Below, piece by piece: positions 52,507 to 64,000 of a stretch of DNA of 64,000 nucleotides. How positions within the stretch are numbered: the first letter of the stretch is position 1; each line of letters opens with the position of its first letter. Both the position numbers and the translations under genes were made by a program. This stretch comes from Azolla caroliniana (taxonomy: Eukaryota > Plantae > Polypodiophyta): contig JBHGNT010000005.1 in NCBI GenBank assembly GCA_043228905.1, positions 10,354,001 through 10,418,000 of the forward strand, written 5' to 3'. A model generated the notes under the pieces. The model was not told the origin of the DNA. It made no database searches and worked only from the letters and a program-made list of their open reading frames with translations.

Positions 52507-52687
52507 CTAAACAAGCAAACTATATATTACCTCCAACAATTACCTAGTTACAAAAGGTTGGTTTAATTACCAACTAGTCTAGGGCAAATGCCCTTTCTAC
52601 TAATTACAAATCTATCCTAGTAAGTTGTCTACTGACTAGTGTGAACATTGTCCCTATTGGAAGTTGAGTTCGATTCTCAACATATAA

Positions 52688-53256
52688 TGGTGATATGGGT
52701 AATATGCTTGACATATTACCTAAGAGGCATTATACATTGCTTGTCGTGTACATACCATATGGGTTTCGAATAACTAGGTCTACATACGACGATGTACCAT
52801 ATAAATATCCGCAAATAGAAAAGATGGTGAAAGACTTTGAAGAGTTGACCCTGGCTCCATTATGGCAAATAGTAATATTTCATAGTATGGGTTAGGCTTT
52901 GTCGGTCACTACTGCACTAAAGTCGAGATGTCATGCCACCGAACTCATGCATTGGTTTAAGCTTTAAGTTGCTACTTCATAGATATTGACTTGTTTCCAT
53001 TCCATTACAAATAGGGTTAAAACAAACATAACTCGTACCCCGGGCTATGGAATGGTGAGTGTTGTGGAGCATATGTGCGTGGGGTACTACGATGCTATTT
53101 AAAACATGTGCATGAGAGGAATGTCGTCAATTATATCATGTGCCCAACAATAACGAAAAAAGTGTGCCATGTTTCTAGCGACAAGTCTCTAGTAAACCCA
53201 TATCAAAAGCCCTAGCGATTAATTAATCGATTGGTCGAGTTGTTCTCCAACCTTCA
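52688..53256 (+). pseudogene. Methyltransferase catalytic half (motif IV xIPY to QKP) of the cargo gene
   Basis: GDMGNMLDILPKRHYTLLVVYIPYG (YIPY at 52749-52760; TAC is one base from GAC). Intron 52955-53014 splits the W codon of WVKTN. LVNPYQKP*RLINRLVELFSNL runs up to the insertion site. Confidence 0.85.
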
Positions 53257-56200
53257 TGTAAACGATTACTTGTGGAAGCGTTAGAAGTGTTAGAAAATAG
53301 AGAAGGTAGGGAATACAAAGAGTACACGGAAGAGACAGAGAGAGCAGAACTTCCAACCGACTTCTCCTGGCATCGCTTCGCCTTGCTCGCGCTCCTCATC
53401 CGGTCCGGTCCCATTTGCCACGACCCTTCTGGTTCTGCGCGCCTCGACCTTCTCAGTCGGCATGTCTGTGCAATAGGCCCCTCTCAGCTCCTTCGCTGCT
53501 ATGACTCCGGCGCTTGCCGATCCGTCGGTTCCTCCGCGATGGCATCGACTTCCGCTGCATCCGTGTCTGCTTGGCCTTGAATTGATCCAGTTCTTCTGAA
53601 TCTGTGTTTTGAACCGAATCGATTGTCTCCGATTCGTTCTAGCTCTTGTCAGAATCGGTTGCTCCCGATTCGTCTTCTGGTTCCACGCCCATTACCACAT
53701 CGGACCATGTCCGGGTCTTGGCCATCTTCCTTTGGTCGGCTCTGTCCTTCTTGACTTTGCCGCCTGCTGTTCTTCCCTCACCGGCGCAATCGACAGTCTC
53801 TTTGCCTTTGCCCGTTCCGGTGTCTCTGCCCGTTCTCCCCCTGAAGTGTAGCACGTCGAGATGCTGAACACCAAGCATGTCGGTAAAGTGATGGAACTTG
53901 TCCGAGCCGAGTGGCTTGGTGAAGATATCTGCAACTTGCCGATCCGTGTGAACATACCGTAGTTCAACTTCACCGCTTAGGACCCACTCACACACAAAGT
54001 GATAGTGCACTTCTATGTGCTTCGTGCGAGCATGGAACATAGGGTGCTTGGCGAGCTGCATGTTGCTGATGTTATCACAATAAATCGGGATCGGGGTTGG
54101 TACCTCGATCCACAAGTCTCGCAGTAGTCGCCGAAGCCAAATGGCTTCGCAGGTTGCAAAGGTCGTGCCCCGGTACTGAGCCTCAGTGCTTGATAGAGCC
54201 ACTGTTGGCTGCTTTTTGCTACTCCATGCAACAGATGTGCCCCCAAGGGAAAACATAAATCCGGACGTTGATCGGCGATCTGATGCATCTCCGGCCCAGT
54301 CAGCATCAGTGTAACCGACCAGCTCTTTGGGTATACCGTGCCGGTATAACAGGCCCCGATCCTTCTCCGACGTGCACGATTGGGTGAGGAGTGTCGTCTC
54401 CGGTTTCGACTACTCCTGGTTGATCCTATTTCTCCAAAAAGGAGAACCACTCTTTGTGGCTCGTCATGTGGTTCGACACACCGGAATCAACATACCACAC
54501 TTCCTTCGATTTGGAAGTGGTCTTCTTGATCGAGTTCGCCCCGTGCTTCATCACCAAGGCTGGCCCGTTACCGTTCTTGGATCCTCCCGATCCCTTCGCG
54601 TAGTGCGAGCTTTGTCGGCCATCCTTGTCGGCCTTGCCGGATCCGGATTTGTCCCAATCGGCGCGTTTTCTCCAGCACTCGCTTTCTCTGTGGCCCTTTT
54701 TGCCACAATATCAGCATTCCGTTGCAGTCTTCTCTTGCTGTCTTCTATTGCCGCCATGACTCCCCCTGCTCCCAGAGGGTCCAGAACTGCTGTCGGCACA
54801 TTCTCTATGCCTTTGTTCTTGGTCTTGCTGGCCGCCTCCATTGTGTGCCAACCCGCCTCGTCCACCACGCCCACAGGACCGATCCGCTTCCGTGTACAAC
54901 ATCTGGCTGTCAATGGGTGCGCTAGTTGACGCACTAGCATGGTTCTCCTCTACAAGGAGCATCGACTGTAAGTCGAAAAATGACGGTGTGTTCTCCCTTG
55001 TACATACCGCTGTCGCAAAAATACGACGAGGATACGTGAACTTTGAGGTAGGACCCCGGGGCCTCCGACCGGAAGATATCAGATTTGTATGATTATATTA
55101 AACAATTAATACAAAATGATAAAGATTCACAAATTTCAATAATAACGGAAAAGAAAGATTACAATCAATCTCAAGATTGAGATTACAAAAGTTTTATCTT
55201 AAGGAGATTGCTAGAATAATAGATTAGAAGAAACTAAGATATGGATTCCATAGAGATTTAGGGTTCTTGGCTTTCATAAGAGATTATGGTTATATGAGTA
55301 TTATGGCTTCCGTAGGGAAGATTAATGTTTTTGAGTGTTATGGCTTCCGTAGGGAAGATTAGGGTTTATGAGAGATATGGCTTTCCTAAGATAAGGGAGT
55401 TGAGAAGGAAAAGAAAATTAAGATAATATGGAGAGTCCCAGTGTAAGGAAAAAAATGGAATATATATAGAGTTCTCCCTTGATCATAGCCTTTCCACTTT
55501 TTGTTGCATGGCCTCTGCTTTTAGTTGCCTAGCTCTTTCTTTTAGTTGCATGTGACCATCCACATGACCTTTACTTTTTGCATGCACTCCAACTTTAGTT
55601 GCTTGCGTCCACATGGCCTTTACTTTAGTTCTCTTCACTTTACTTTAGTTTGTTGCTTGATCCCATCTTCCGTCCGTCCGCGTCCAACCTCGTCCGGTAG
55701 CCGGTTCCGCCCGATCGCCGAATCCCTTGCCGACCGGTTCCTTTTTGCTTGCCGGTTACGGTTCTAGTTTTGCTTGCCGACCGATTCCGGTTTTGCTTGC
55801 AGGACTGTTCCGGTTCCGGTTTTGCTTGCCGGTCGGTTCCGGATTTACTTGCCGGTTCCGGTTCCGGTTTTGCTTACCGGCCGGTTTCCGGTTTTAAGGA
55901 ATTTGGCCACCATCATCCATCAAGAAAAGGTGGCCAAAGTGCTCTTAGAACAAATGAAGATTGAGGGAGCTCAAGGTGCTTATATAGCCAGGGCCTTAAC
56001 TTTCCTATCTATGTGCGATAGTTCTAATTTTCCTATCTTCTCAAACTTTATTTTCACATAACTTGATATGTATTTCTCCATTTTGTATATAGTAAAAAAC
56101 GTTTTGAAGCTCTTGAGTATATCCATCTTTCTATAGTACTCTACTAATCTAATTTATAATTATTTTTTCATTATTTTTTTACATAGTGTGTGAAGATTCA

Positions 56201-57227
56201 CACGACACCGCTGTTCGGAACGCTCTGAACTTAGACGCCAGGCCCCCAAGACAGACCTATATACCATCTCGTCTTCCTCTACAGTAACGTTGATAGAGGC
56301 AAGCGAGTCACAGATCTCTTTGATCCGGGCCGTGTAATCCGCCACCGACATGTCCTTTTGTCGGACATTGCTCAACTCCTGTCGGAGTTGCAGCTTCCGG
56401 GCTGTAGTGCTCGCAGCGAAAACCTTCTTCAGGTTTCCCCAAGCCTCCTTCAGCGTCTCGGCGTCTCGGATGTGGCTCAACAGCTAGTCTCTGACATTGG
56501 ACGCGAAGCAGTACATCACTCAGCTTGTCGATTGTTCCCACACTGGGAAGTCCTTATGTGCCACATCAGGTGCTATTTTGTTGGCTCCTTCGACGAAACT
56601 CCAGTAGCCATGCCCAAGCAGGTACTGGTGCATCTTATACGACCAAGATGCATAGTTGGATCTGTCGAGTTTCTCCACAGGGAGCGAGCTAGCCATCCCT
56701 CTATCCATCACTTCTCTGTCTTCTGTTTTACGACCTGTTAGGGTTTGCTTTCAAGCGTTTGTCAGTTGCAGAGGAGGTTCTCAACCCTCATGCTCTGATA
56801 CCATGTAAACGATTACTTGCCGAAGCATTAGAAGCGTTAGAAAATAGAGAAGGTAGGGAATACAAAGAGTACACGGGAGAGACAGAGAGAGCAGAACTTC
56901 AAGGCCATATTCAAAAACGATAAAAACACTCTGTACATACAACTATGCTCAGTAGCATTATTTATACAAGTCCTTGTGGGACTGACAGAAGTACCGCGTA
57001 CTTCAATGCTCACACGAGCATTTGACACTTACTACAAGACTATAATTGCCTAGTCTGTCTACACTAATACTAGGCTTCCGGTTACTGATTGGATCCGGCA
57101 AACCGGCTCCCCAGCTCACCGGCTTTGTTGCTTGCCGGCTCGGTTGCTCACAGCTTACCGATCCGTCTCGGTTGCCGGCTCAGGCTTATTCAGCCAATCC
57201 GGCTCCAATTGAGCTTGCCGCTCAACA
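53257..57227 (-). mobile_element. Internally deleted Ty1/copia element G inserted in the methyltransferase domain
   Basis: Perfect CTTCA TSD (53252-53256 / 57228-57232). 5' LTR 56804-57227 with iMet PBS. Only about 97 bp of the 3' LTR remains (53257-53353). Gag-PR is joined directly to RNase H near 54360. Confidence 0.93.
55011..56207 (-). mobile_element. Solo-LTR-like insertion (1197 bp) inside the gag of copia G
   Basis: TGTCG...CGACA termini and a perfect 4-bp CCGC TSD (55007-55010 / 56208-56211). Its end resembles the start of 7595..9155 in reverse orientation. Internal short repeats (tatggcttccgtagggaagatt; ccggttccggtttt). Confidence 0.8.
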
Positions 57228-57232
57228 CTTCA

Positions 57233-57700
57233 TGATTGGGTGCTCGACTTATTCTCTAGAACAGGTATTCTCATAAGTGTGATCAATCTATCTTAAAATA
57301 AAATAGAATTTCTCGTCTTTGTTTTGTTACTTCAGCATGAATGATTGTTTACTCAGGAACAACAATTGTGTGCGCTCTCAAATTGTTAAGGAACTGCATC
57401 GCCTTGGAGAAGGACCCCTCCCAAGTAAATTTTATTAAAATAAGGATCCAAGGTATCTGGGATTATCCTGACTAGAACCATGAGGTTGGGGCAAAGCATA
57501 TAAATGAAACTGAGATGTTTCAACTGACCTCCAGAGAACCGATGGAACCTATAGACGAAGGAGGGGACCTTGTCGACCTCGAAGATATACGAGAGTCTGA
57601 ACAAAGACAAGATTCGGCTAAGTAGACGAAACAAGTGGATACGACACAACTATCAGCTAATCTTGGAGAACAGCCTGTTCCAGGCCTCCTAATGGAGTGA
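57233..57700 (+). pseudogene. Methyltransferase SAM-binding half (motif I) and acidic tail of the cargo gene
   Basis: DWVLDLFSRT-G, intron 57265-57356 (GT..AG), then TTIVCALKLLRNCIALEKDPSQVNFIKIRI. This matches the VLDPFxGSGTT..A....R..IGIE consensus. Confidence 0.88.
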
Positions 57701-58370
57701 ATTGTATAATACTTTGTATTTGTAACTGAAAAATTGTTTTGAAATATAAGAACTTTTCGTTTGAGTATAATTTCTTTAATCTATCCGATTGATGTCTCGA
57801 ACTTTAGTCATTATTGGATTTAGTCTTTATTCTATGATTTATGTTGTCTTTAATCTTGGTAATTTAGTTTCGAGTAAACATAATAATATTAAGTAAACGT
57901 CGTTGCTCACATGATAATACATTCACGTTGTTCACGTATGATTGGCATATAATGTTCGTAGTGGTTTTTGGGCATGCGTGGTATATCGTGAGATATTCGT
58001 TTGTAAAAGTTTTTATAATTAATCCAAAAATCCTATCTACAAAATTGACATAGCAATCTTTTATAAGATTTAGAGACAAATATAGTAACAAAATTGCATT
58101 TCTAAATTTGTTAAGTTAGATTCGAATTTAACATTATGTACAATGAAGCATATTACAATTATAGTTGGATGCATTCCCTTCATCTTATCTAAGATTAGGA
58201 TAAATTTATGTATGAATTGAGAAAATACCAGTTCAATTTTTAATCTTAAAAATATTAACGGCCTTTTTGAGTGATGTTTCTAAAAATTGTGTGTGCATGC
58301 GTGATACATTCTTGAAAGTTTGTTAAAAAATGGTAATTCTTGACATCTCACATATTTATCAATAAAGGAA

Positions 58371-58405
58371 TGTGACATATTACCTGTTTCAAATGTCCCA
58401 GTGTT
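58371..58405 (-). repeat. Right terminal inverted repeat of the DNA transposon
   Basis: Matches 3081-3115 in reverse complement and is followed by the TGAT TSD. Confidence 0.93.
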
Positions 58406-58552
58406 TGATCCCCATACATCTAACTGTATTACATCTAGGATCCCTTTGCTTACGTTCCTTTCCTTTGGAAACGGTTGTCGGTGTTGTTTGCTGAATTGGT
58501 AAGCTTCGCACACGCCTACAATCTCCTTTTCGGTGAAGGTCGAGATTCCGGT
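58406..58552 (-). mobile_element. Continuation of the host copia integrase beyond the right TIR
   Basis: Encodes VCEAYQFSKQHRQPFPKERNVSKGILDVIQLDVWG, which joins 3080 leftwards. Confidence 0.9.
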
Positions 58553-61500
58553 TGTCACGGACAAGTATAATACAGTAGAACCAAGACGAGACTAAGAACT
58601 AGGAGAGAGAAAAGAACAAGAACTTGACTTATGATTCCGTAACTGTTGTTGTTCACCTTGATTAGAATCAAGGTGCACATGAGTATTTATACAACAAGGT
58701 AGAGGTATGTATGCTAGCTAGGAAAAGAGAATGCATGAAAATCCATGCAAGCTAGGAAAAGAGAATGCTTGTAAGCAAGCTAGGAATAGAGAATGCATGC
58801 AAGCTAGGAACTTCCAATGTTCAATCTACCATACATGAAGTTGGATTTGAATACAAAGATGCGTAGATGGACGTAGTTTAGTTGGTAGGGTTGCCCAATG
58901 GAGACCAGGGGGTCTTGGGTTCAATCCCTACCTTCCACTGTGGTGTGGCATATGTCTATGACATTATCCTCCCTCGAAGGTTGCCTTTGAATATCTGTGG
59001 CCAGCTTTTGTGGGTACCGTTGATGAAAAGCTAGAATTGCCTCGGGAACATTTTGTAAATTTGTAACCGGTTCCCACGTGGCATCCGAAATGGGGTAACC
59101 TTTCCATAAGAACAAATATTGAAGTCATTTTCATCGCCGTAGGTGGGAGTCAAGGATCTGGTTAACCTTGTACTCCTCCCTTGTCGATAATTCCACCACC
59201 ACATATCGAGAATTCGAGAAGGATGGTATAGTTCAAGAAGAGATATGTGGACAACATTGTGAATCCTAAATGTTGGGGGAAGCACTAACCGGAATGAAAT
59301 TGGGTTGATTTGCTCGATGATATGGAAGGGGCCTAGCTTTTTGTACTAACTTCGTGCAGGGACGGGTGGTGGCGATGTCGCAGCGTAGCAACCAAACCAT
59401 GTCACCGACTGCAAAGGGCGGTGACCAAGCGATGAAGGTTAGGGTGATCCTAATATTGTTTGCCAACAACACAGAGCTCAAGGAAGAGGACATGATGGAC
59501 ATCTTGTAAAGTGCGACACGCATCTTTGCTGACGGATTGACAGAAATCGTAGGAATGGAAATGCTGAAATGAGGGTGGAACCCATAGTTTGCAAAGAATA
59601 GGGAAACCTTAGTGGAGGCATGGATACTATTATTGTAGGCAAATTTCACCATGGCAAGGAAGTCCACCTAGTCCTCTTGTTGGTAGCTTACTATACACTA
59701 GAGGTATTGTTCAAGGATTTGGTTCACTCTTTAAGTTTAGAGAATTCCCAAATGTTTGCAGAAGTCATCGCCAGAAGTGGGAGATAAATTGAGGACCTCG
59801 ATCAGAGGTGACATCCTCAAGTAAGACGTGTAGAAGAACAACATTTTTCAAAAAAAGATCCGTCGTCTCCTCCCCCGAAATGGTTTTTGAGCATGGGAAA
59901 AAGTGAGCCATCTTCGAAAATTGATCGATGATCACTAGCACCGTGTCATGGCCACAGACGCGAGGGAGGTCGGTTATAAAGTCTATCGAGAGAGAGGCCC
60001 ATGGTCGATTAGGAAGTGGAAGCGGGTGGAGAAGGCCGTATGGACAATGGTGAACCACTTTGGAGCGGGTATAGACGTCACATGTCTTAATAAATTCTTT
60101 GACAAATTTCCAAGTTTGGGGCCACCAAAACCCCCGAGATAGCAACTCCAATGTTTTCGCGACCCCAAAGTGGCCGACAAGAGGATCATCATGGCAATTT
60201 CGTAGGGCTCGAGTGCAACATGCTCCATCTGGTACGTAAAGAAGGTGATTACGATAGAGTAGCCCATCTCGAGTTGTAAAGTGAATGAGATCCGAGCTTT
60301 CCATTCCCTGGGATGGGTCGTTGATGCGCGCTAGGATGTCGGTAGTGAATGGGTCTGACATGGTGGCATGGGCGATTTCATTGAGCAAGGAATCATCATG
60401 CAACATGTAGGTTGCGAACAATCGGGTCGCAATAAACAATGTAATTGCTGAGAATATGCGTCGTCACTTGGGCATAGCACAAAATCTGGTCACCGAGAGA
60501 GGGCATCCTCTTTCCCATGTTGAATGTTGGGTCGAAACAAGATTTCGAAGTCATAGTCAACGAGAAATGATGACCAATGAGTCTGTCTCTGATTCAACAT
60601 ACAACTAGTGGTGAAGTAGATAATATTCTTGTGATCAGTTAGCACCTCGATATGATGTTGGACCCCAACGAGATAGGGTCGCCATTCGGCGAAGGCAGAG
60701 ATGCTAGCTGCAAGCTCCTTGTCATAGACCAGATAATTGATTTTTGGGGCTGTAAAATTTCGGGAGTAGACGACGACCGGATGTAGTGTGCCATCGTCAT
60801 CTAGCTGGGAAAGAATCACGCCAATGGTGAAATCGGAGGCATTGGTCTCAACCTGGAAGGGTTTCTTGGGGTCGGGGTGAACCAACACTGGGTCTAAGAG
60901 AAAAGCTGCTTTGAGGGTCTCAAAAGCATTGTGTGCCGCGGGGGTCCAGAGAAATGGAGTATCTTTTCGAGTAAGTTGGATAAGAGGTTGCCCGAGGGAA
61001 GAAAACCCATCTATAAATCTTCTATAGAAATTACCAAAACCAAGAAATGATTGTACCTCTTTCATTCGAGTCGAGAGAGGCCAATCGGTGATTGCCGGTA
61101 CCTTGCGCTTCTCCATTATAATCCCGGTGGGTTAGACCATGTAACCCAGGAATTCAACAGAGGTTCGATGGAATTCACATTTCTCACTTTTGGCGTAAAG
61201 CCCATTTTTCCGAAGTTTGGTTCGTGCCAGTCGGACGTGTTGTGTGTGCTCCTCTAAGTTGGAAGAAAAAACTAAGATGTCGTCAAACTAAGATGCCCCT
61301 AAGTGATCGAGGTACTCTCGAAATATATCGTTCATCATGTGTTGGAAGACTGTTGGGGTGTTGGTAAGATCGAAAGGCATCATCTTGTTCTCGAAATACC
61401 CATAGCACGTTCAAAAGGCCGTTTTCCACTCGTCCCCAGGGTTGATGCGGACTAGATTGTAGGCTCCCCACAGGTCGATATTGGAGAAGATACGACCGGT

Positions 61501-61703
61501 TCGGAGTCGATCGAGGAGCATTGGAATTAAGGGCAAGGGATAACAATTATGCATTGTAACTTTGTTGAGACCCTGATAATCCACACATAGGCGTAATGAG
61601 TCATCCTTCTTCATGACAAATAAAATTGGGGCCCCGGCCAGTGATTTGGAGGGTTGAATGAAGCCCTTCGCGAGGTTGTCAGCCAGATATATGCGGAGAG
61701 CCT
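58553..61703 (-). mobile_element. Truncated Tcn1-like chromovirus I (3' LTR plus pol)
   Basis: LTR 58553-58963 is related to the B2 LTR. Chromodomain ([13 protein letters not shown]), integrase 59765..60439, RNase H 60490..61116 and RT 61411..61614. Confidence 0.9.
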
Positions 61704-61735
61704 CTATAAGGAATAATACTAAGACAGAGAAGTAT

Positions 61736-61828
61736 TGTCAAGAACAGTACTAAGACAGAGAAGGAATTAGTACTAAAAGATGAGGATTAGTACTAAGAGA
61801 GGTGTAGAACTGTCGAGAAAAGGAAAGA

Positions 61829-61870
<42 letters not shown>

Positions 61871-62153
61871 TGATAACAAAAGATATATATATATATTATG
61901 TGAAGAGAATATACAGTAGTAGCTAGGAGGATTAAGACCGACGCTGAACCGATTTGGTTCAAAATAATGCCTTGTGCCTCCTTTTATAGTGTTCTTACGA
62001 GTACTCCTGAAGTTTCTAGAATGTTCCAGAGAAATCTGGAATATACATCAATTTTCTATAGTAAAACTTAAACGAAAATAATATTCTTCGTATGTCAAGA
62101 GCTCGACCCATGTAACATAAGGTCATGGGTTCAAATCTTTCCATATCATGATA
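61736..62153 (-). mobile_element. Solo LTR of the gypsy B family
   Basis: The reverse complement aligns to 18655-19074 (same TATA, caaatcggttca, (CT)n and tRNA-like parts). Confidence 0.88.
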
Positions 62154-64000
62154 TGTCCCCCTTTTAACAATTTACAAAGGAGAAAGACTCAACAATTTAC
62201 AAGGTGGGAGGAGGGTGCTTTATATAGTCACCCTCTCTCTTCATTAACTACAAGACTCATGGAGCATGGGGAATGTGAAAGCTCATAAGTTATGTGTCAT
62301 AGAATATGATTCTATGACTCATACTAAATGCTAGAATACAAAGTGGTGACATAATGGTGACTCTTGACCGTTGGAGTGTCTATTCACTCTCAAGGTGAGT
62401 TCACACACTAGACCAAGTTGAGCTTGATTCTCAACACACCCCCTCAAGCTCAAGTCGGGTCGGTTTCAGACAGTATCTGAAATTCGCTTCGACTCGCGTT
62501 CCGAAGTCCGCATCGACTCGCATTTATGTGGAGTTGCGGAATCCGTGCTCCAGCTTGCGTTGTGCGTAGTTGCGAAGTATGTGCTTCGGCTTGCGTCTTT
62601 CTGTGTGGTCTCCTTTGATGTAGCTCCAATAGCCTTGTCCGACAAGGTATTGGTGCATCTTGTACTCCCAAGATGCGAAGTTGTTTCGATCCAACTTCTC
62701 GGTAGGGAGAGCGCTCCCCATTTGAGTATTCATTATGTCGATTCTTCTTCTTCTTCTTCTCTCTTCGAATGCAAGATATGTAGAGAACCTACGATAGCGA
62801 TGAGCCGGTTCTTCTTAAACGTTGGCGTAGAACTCAACACACGCGGATGGGCTAGATTGAGCTACCAAACCGCTCTGATACCATGTAATGAATCGGATAT
62901 GATTCTTGTGAAGCAGAAGAGATGTGAGTTATGTGTGTGTATGAGAGAGAGAGTGAGTGAGAGAGACAAGGAGTAAGACATAGAGAATACGTTGTCGCGA
63001 TGTTACGCGCGTGCGTATAGAAGGGGCGGGACCACGGGGGTCTTGGACTAGGGAGTGACGGATCGTAGGAAGCCGACTTCTCTCCGGTCCCGGCTGCACT
63101 GATGGTGGCGTGAACCGGAGCGATTCCGGACGCGTACTGGTGGCTACCAAACGCGAGAGAGGAAGAGAGGGAGAGAACATGCGCGCAACACCGACACAAC
63201 GCACACCTCTTATGTACAGGAAACACAGGGAAGGGAAAGCACCCGACACCGATAGAGACACAAATATGCACAACCCTGTATATATATATATATATATATA
63301 TGATTACAAGAGTGAGTTACAACTCCTACTCCGACTCGGACTGAGGTAGGCTAGGTCGCAACGGCAGTCTGCCGCCAAGCCGCCATCGAGGAGCTGTCGG
63401 GCTCATCGCGCCGAGCAAGGTCTTGCACAGGAGGCCGAGCAGAAGCAACCTACAACAGGGAGAGATACCACCCCGGCCGCGAGCCGGCTACGCACAGAAG
63501 AAGAAGAGTTAACCTAATAGCTTTCCCGCCATAGCTGCCACTCGAGTTCTCGAGAAGGAGGAGGAGCAGAGGAAAAAAGAAGGAGAAAGAATGTCACTAA
63601 CCCTAGGAACGAAGCACAAAATGGTATACCCTTACAACTCAAAATGGGCAACCCCTTCACAAGAGGCGCTCCCTTCCTTTTATAGAACAAGGAGGGAGAT
63701 GCGCTACAATGTGGGATAAATCCCGACTTACATGGGATTCTCTATCCCAATCTTGACTCCTACTATTCACACTAAATGTACAAGGGTGATCGCACATGCT
63801 GCACCCCGTCGATGTAGCCAATATTTCCCGGTTTCCGCCTCTGGCCGAAATTCTTCACGACATCCACCCCACCAAACCGCACGTCCACCGGTACGTGCCA
63901 AATCTAGTGAAGGGTGAGAGATTTCGGCCGGTGAGAAACCGGTCTTCCGTAATCCGCATCCCGGCTTGCTCCTGGTTTGAATCGTTGGCCTCGATTCTTC
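62154..64000 (-). mobile_element. Composite copia remnants: LTR end (..ctcaaca at 62436), PPT, gag 5' fragment, iMet PBS (62872-62883) and LTR-like sequence to the window end
   Basis: ORF 62524..62733 (LPTEKLDRNNFASWEYKMHQYL) and gctctgatacca followed by TGTAATG. Boundaries beyond about 63300 are unresolved. Confidence 0.65.

Larger units (their letters stand above)
26723..52682 (-). mobile_element. Ty1/copia element C, carrying nested elements D, E and F
   Basis: LTRs 26723-27001 and 52343-52682. TSD tatag/tataa. Degenerate iMet PBS at 52331-52342. Gag-PR-INT at 50211-52240, INT/RT at 39239-40292, RNase H at 27143-27800. Confidence 0.92.
12389..57700 (+). pseudogene. Intron-containing ParB/Srx-like domain + beta-class DNA amino-methyltransferase (N6_N4_Mtase-like) fusion gene, split by four LTR retrotransposon insertions
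   Basis: Approximate coding blocks: 12389-12414, 12822-13157, 19080-20269, 20357-20370, 26359-26481, 26538-26722, 52688-52954, 53015-53256, 57233-57264, 57357-57700, joined by GT-AG introns or TSD-bounded insertions. Motifs: YYVIGGSH (ParB-like), LYYNGDM, VV(Y)IPYG, W|VKTN, NPYQKP*RLI, DWVLDLFSRTG|TTIVCALKLLRNCIALEKD. Several in-frame stops and some frameshifts. Confidence 0.85.
3081..58405. mobile_element. Sola-like cut-and-paste DNA transposon carrying a ParB-like/DNA methyltransferase cargo gene; about 7 kb native sequence, expanded by nested LTR elements
   Basis: TIRs at 3081-3115 and 58371-58405 (32/35 identical). TGAT at 3077-3080 and 58406-58409. The joined flanks restore the copia SDVWG region, colinear with the related copy near 50648-50710. 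Encodes a DDD transposase. Confidence 0.9.

Noticed and set aside
52688-57700. Bacterial contamination or a chimeric assembly explaining the MTase
   Set aside because: The gene has GT-AG introns, is interrupted by plant retrotransposons with TSDs, and lies inside matched TIRs.
3083-58403. CACTA/CACTG (EnSpm or Chapaev) classification from the CAC(C/T)G near the termini
   Set aside because: That boundary gives no direct TSD (taa vs ttt). Including the terminal AA/TT yields the TGAT duplication and a host empty site of the correct length.

Overview
Plant genomic DNA. The Tcn1-like chromoviruses point to a non-seed plant such as a fern or lycophyte (inference). The window is almost entirely nested, decayed transposable elements, plus the probable last exon of a host SDR/KDSR-like gene at the left edge. 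Removing the LTR retrotransposons using their LTR pairs and target-site duplications (TSDs) reveals one outer DNA transposon at 3081..58405. It has 35-bp terminal inverted repeats (32/35 identical) and a 4-bp TGAT TSD, and about 7 kb of its own sequence remains. It carries two head-to-head genes. On the minus strand is a Sola-like (DUF7869-type) DDD transposase. On the plus strand is an intron-containing gene scattered over 45 kb that rebuilds into a ParB/Srx-like N-terminal domain fused to a bacterial-type beta-class DNA amino-methyltransferase (N6_N4_Mtase motif order: xIPY ... W-x-K ... QKP ... VLDLFSxTGTT). Both genes are now pseudogenes. The nested gypsy elements also show Tf1-like self-priming complementarity, tRNA-like modules in their LTRs and -1 frameshift signals. 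All calls were made by eye; family names need HMM or database confirmation.
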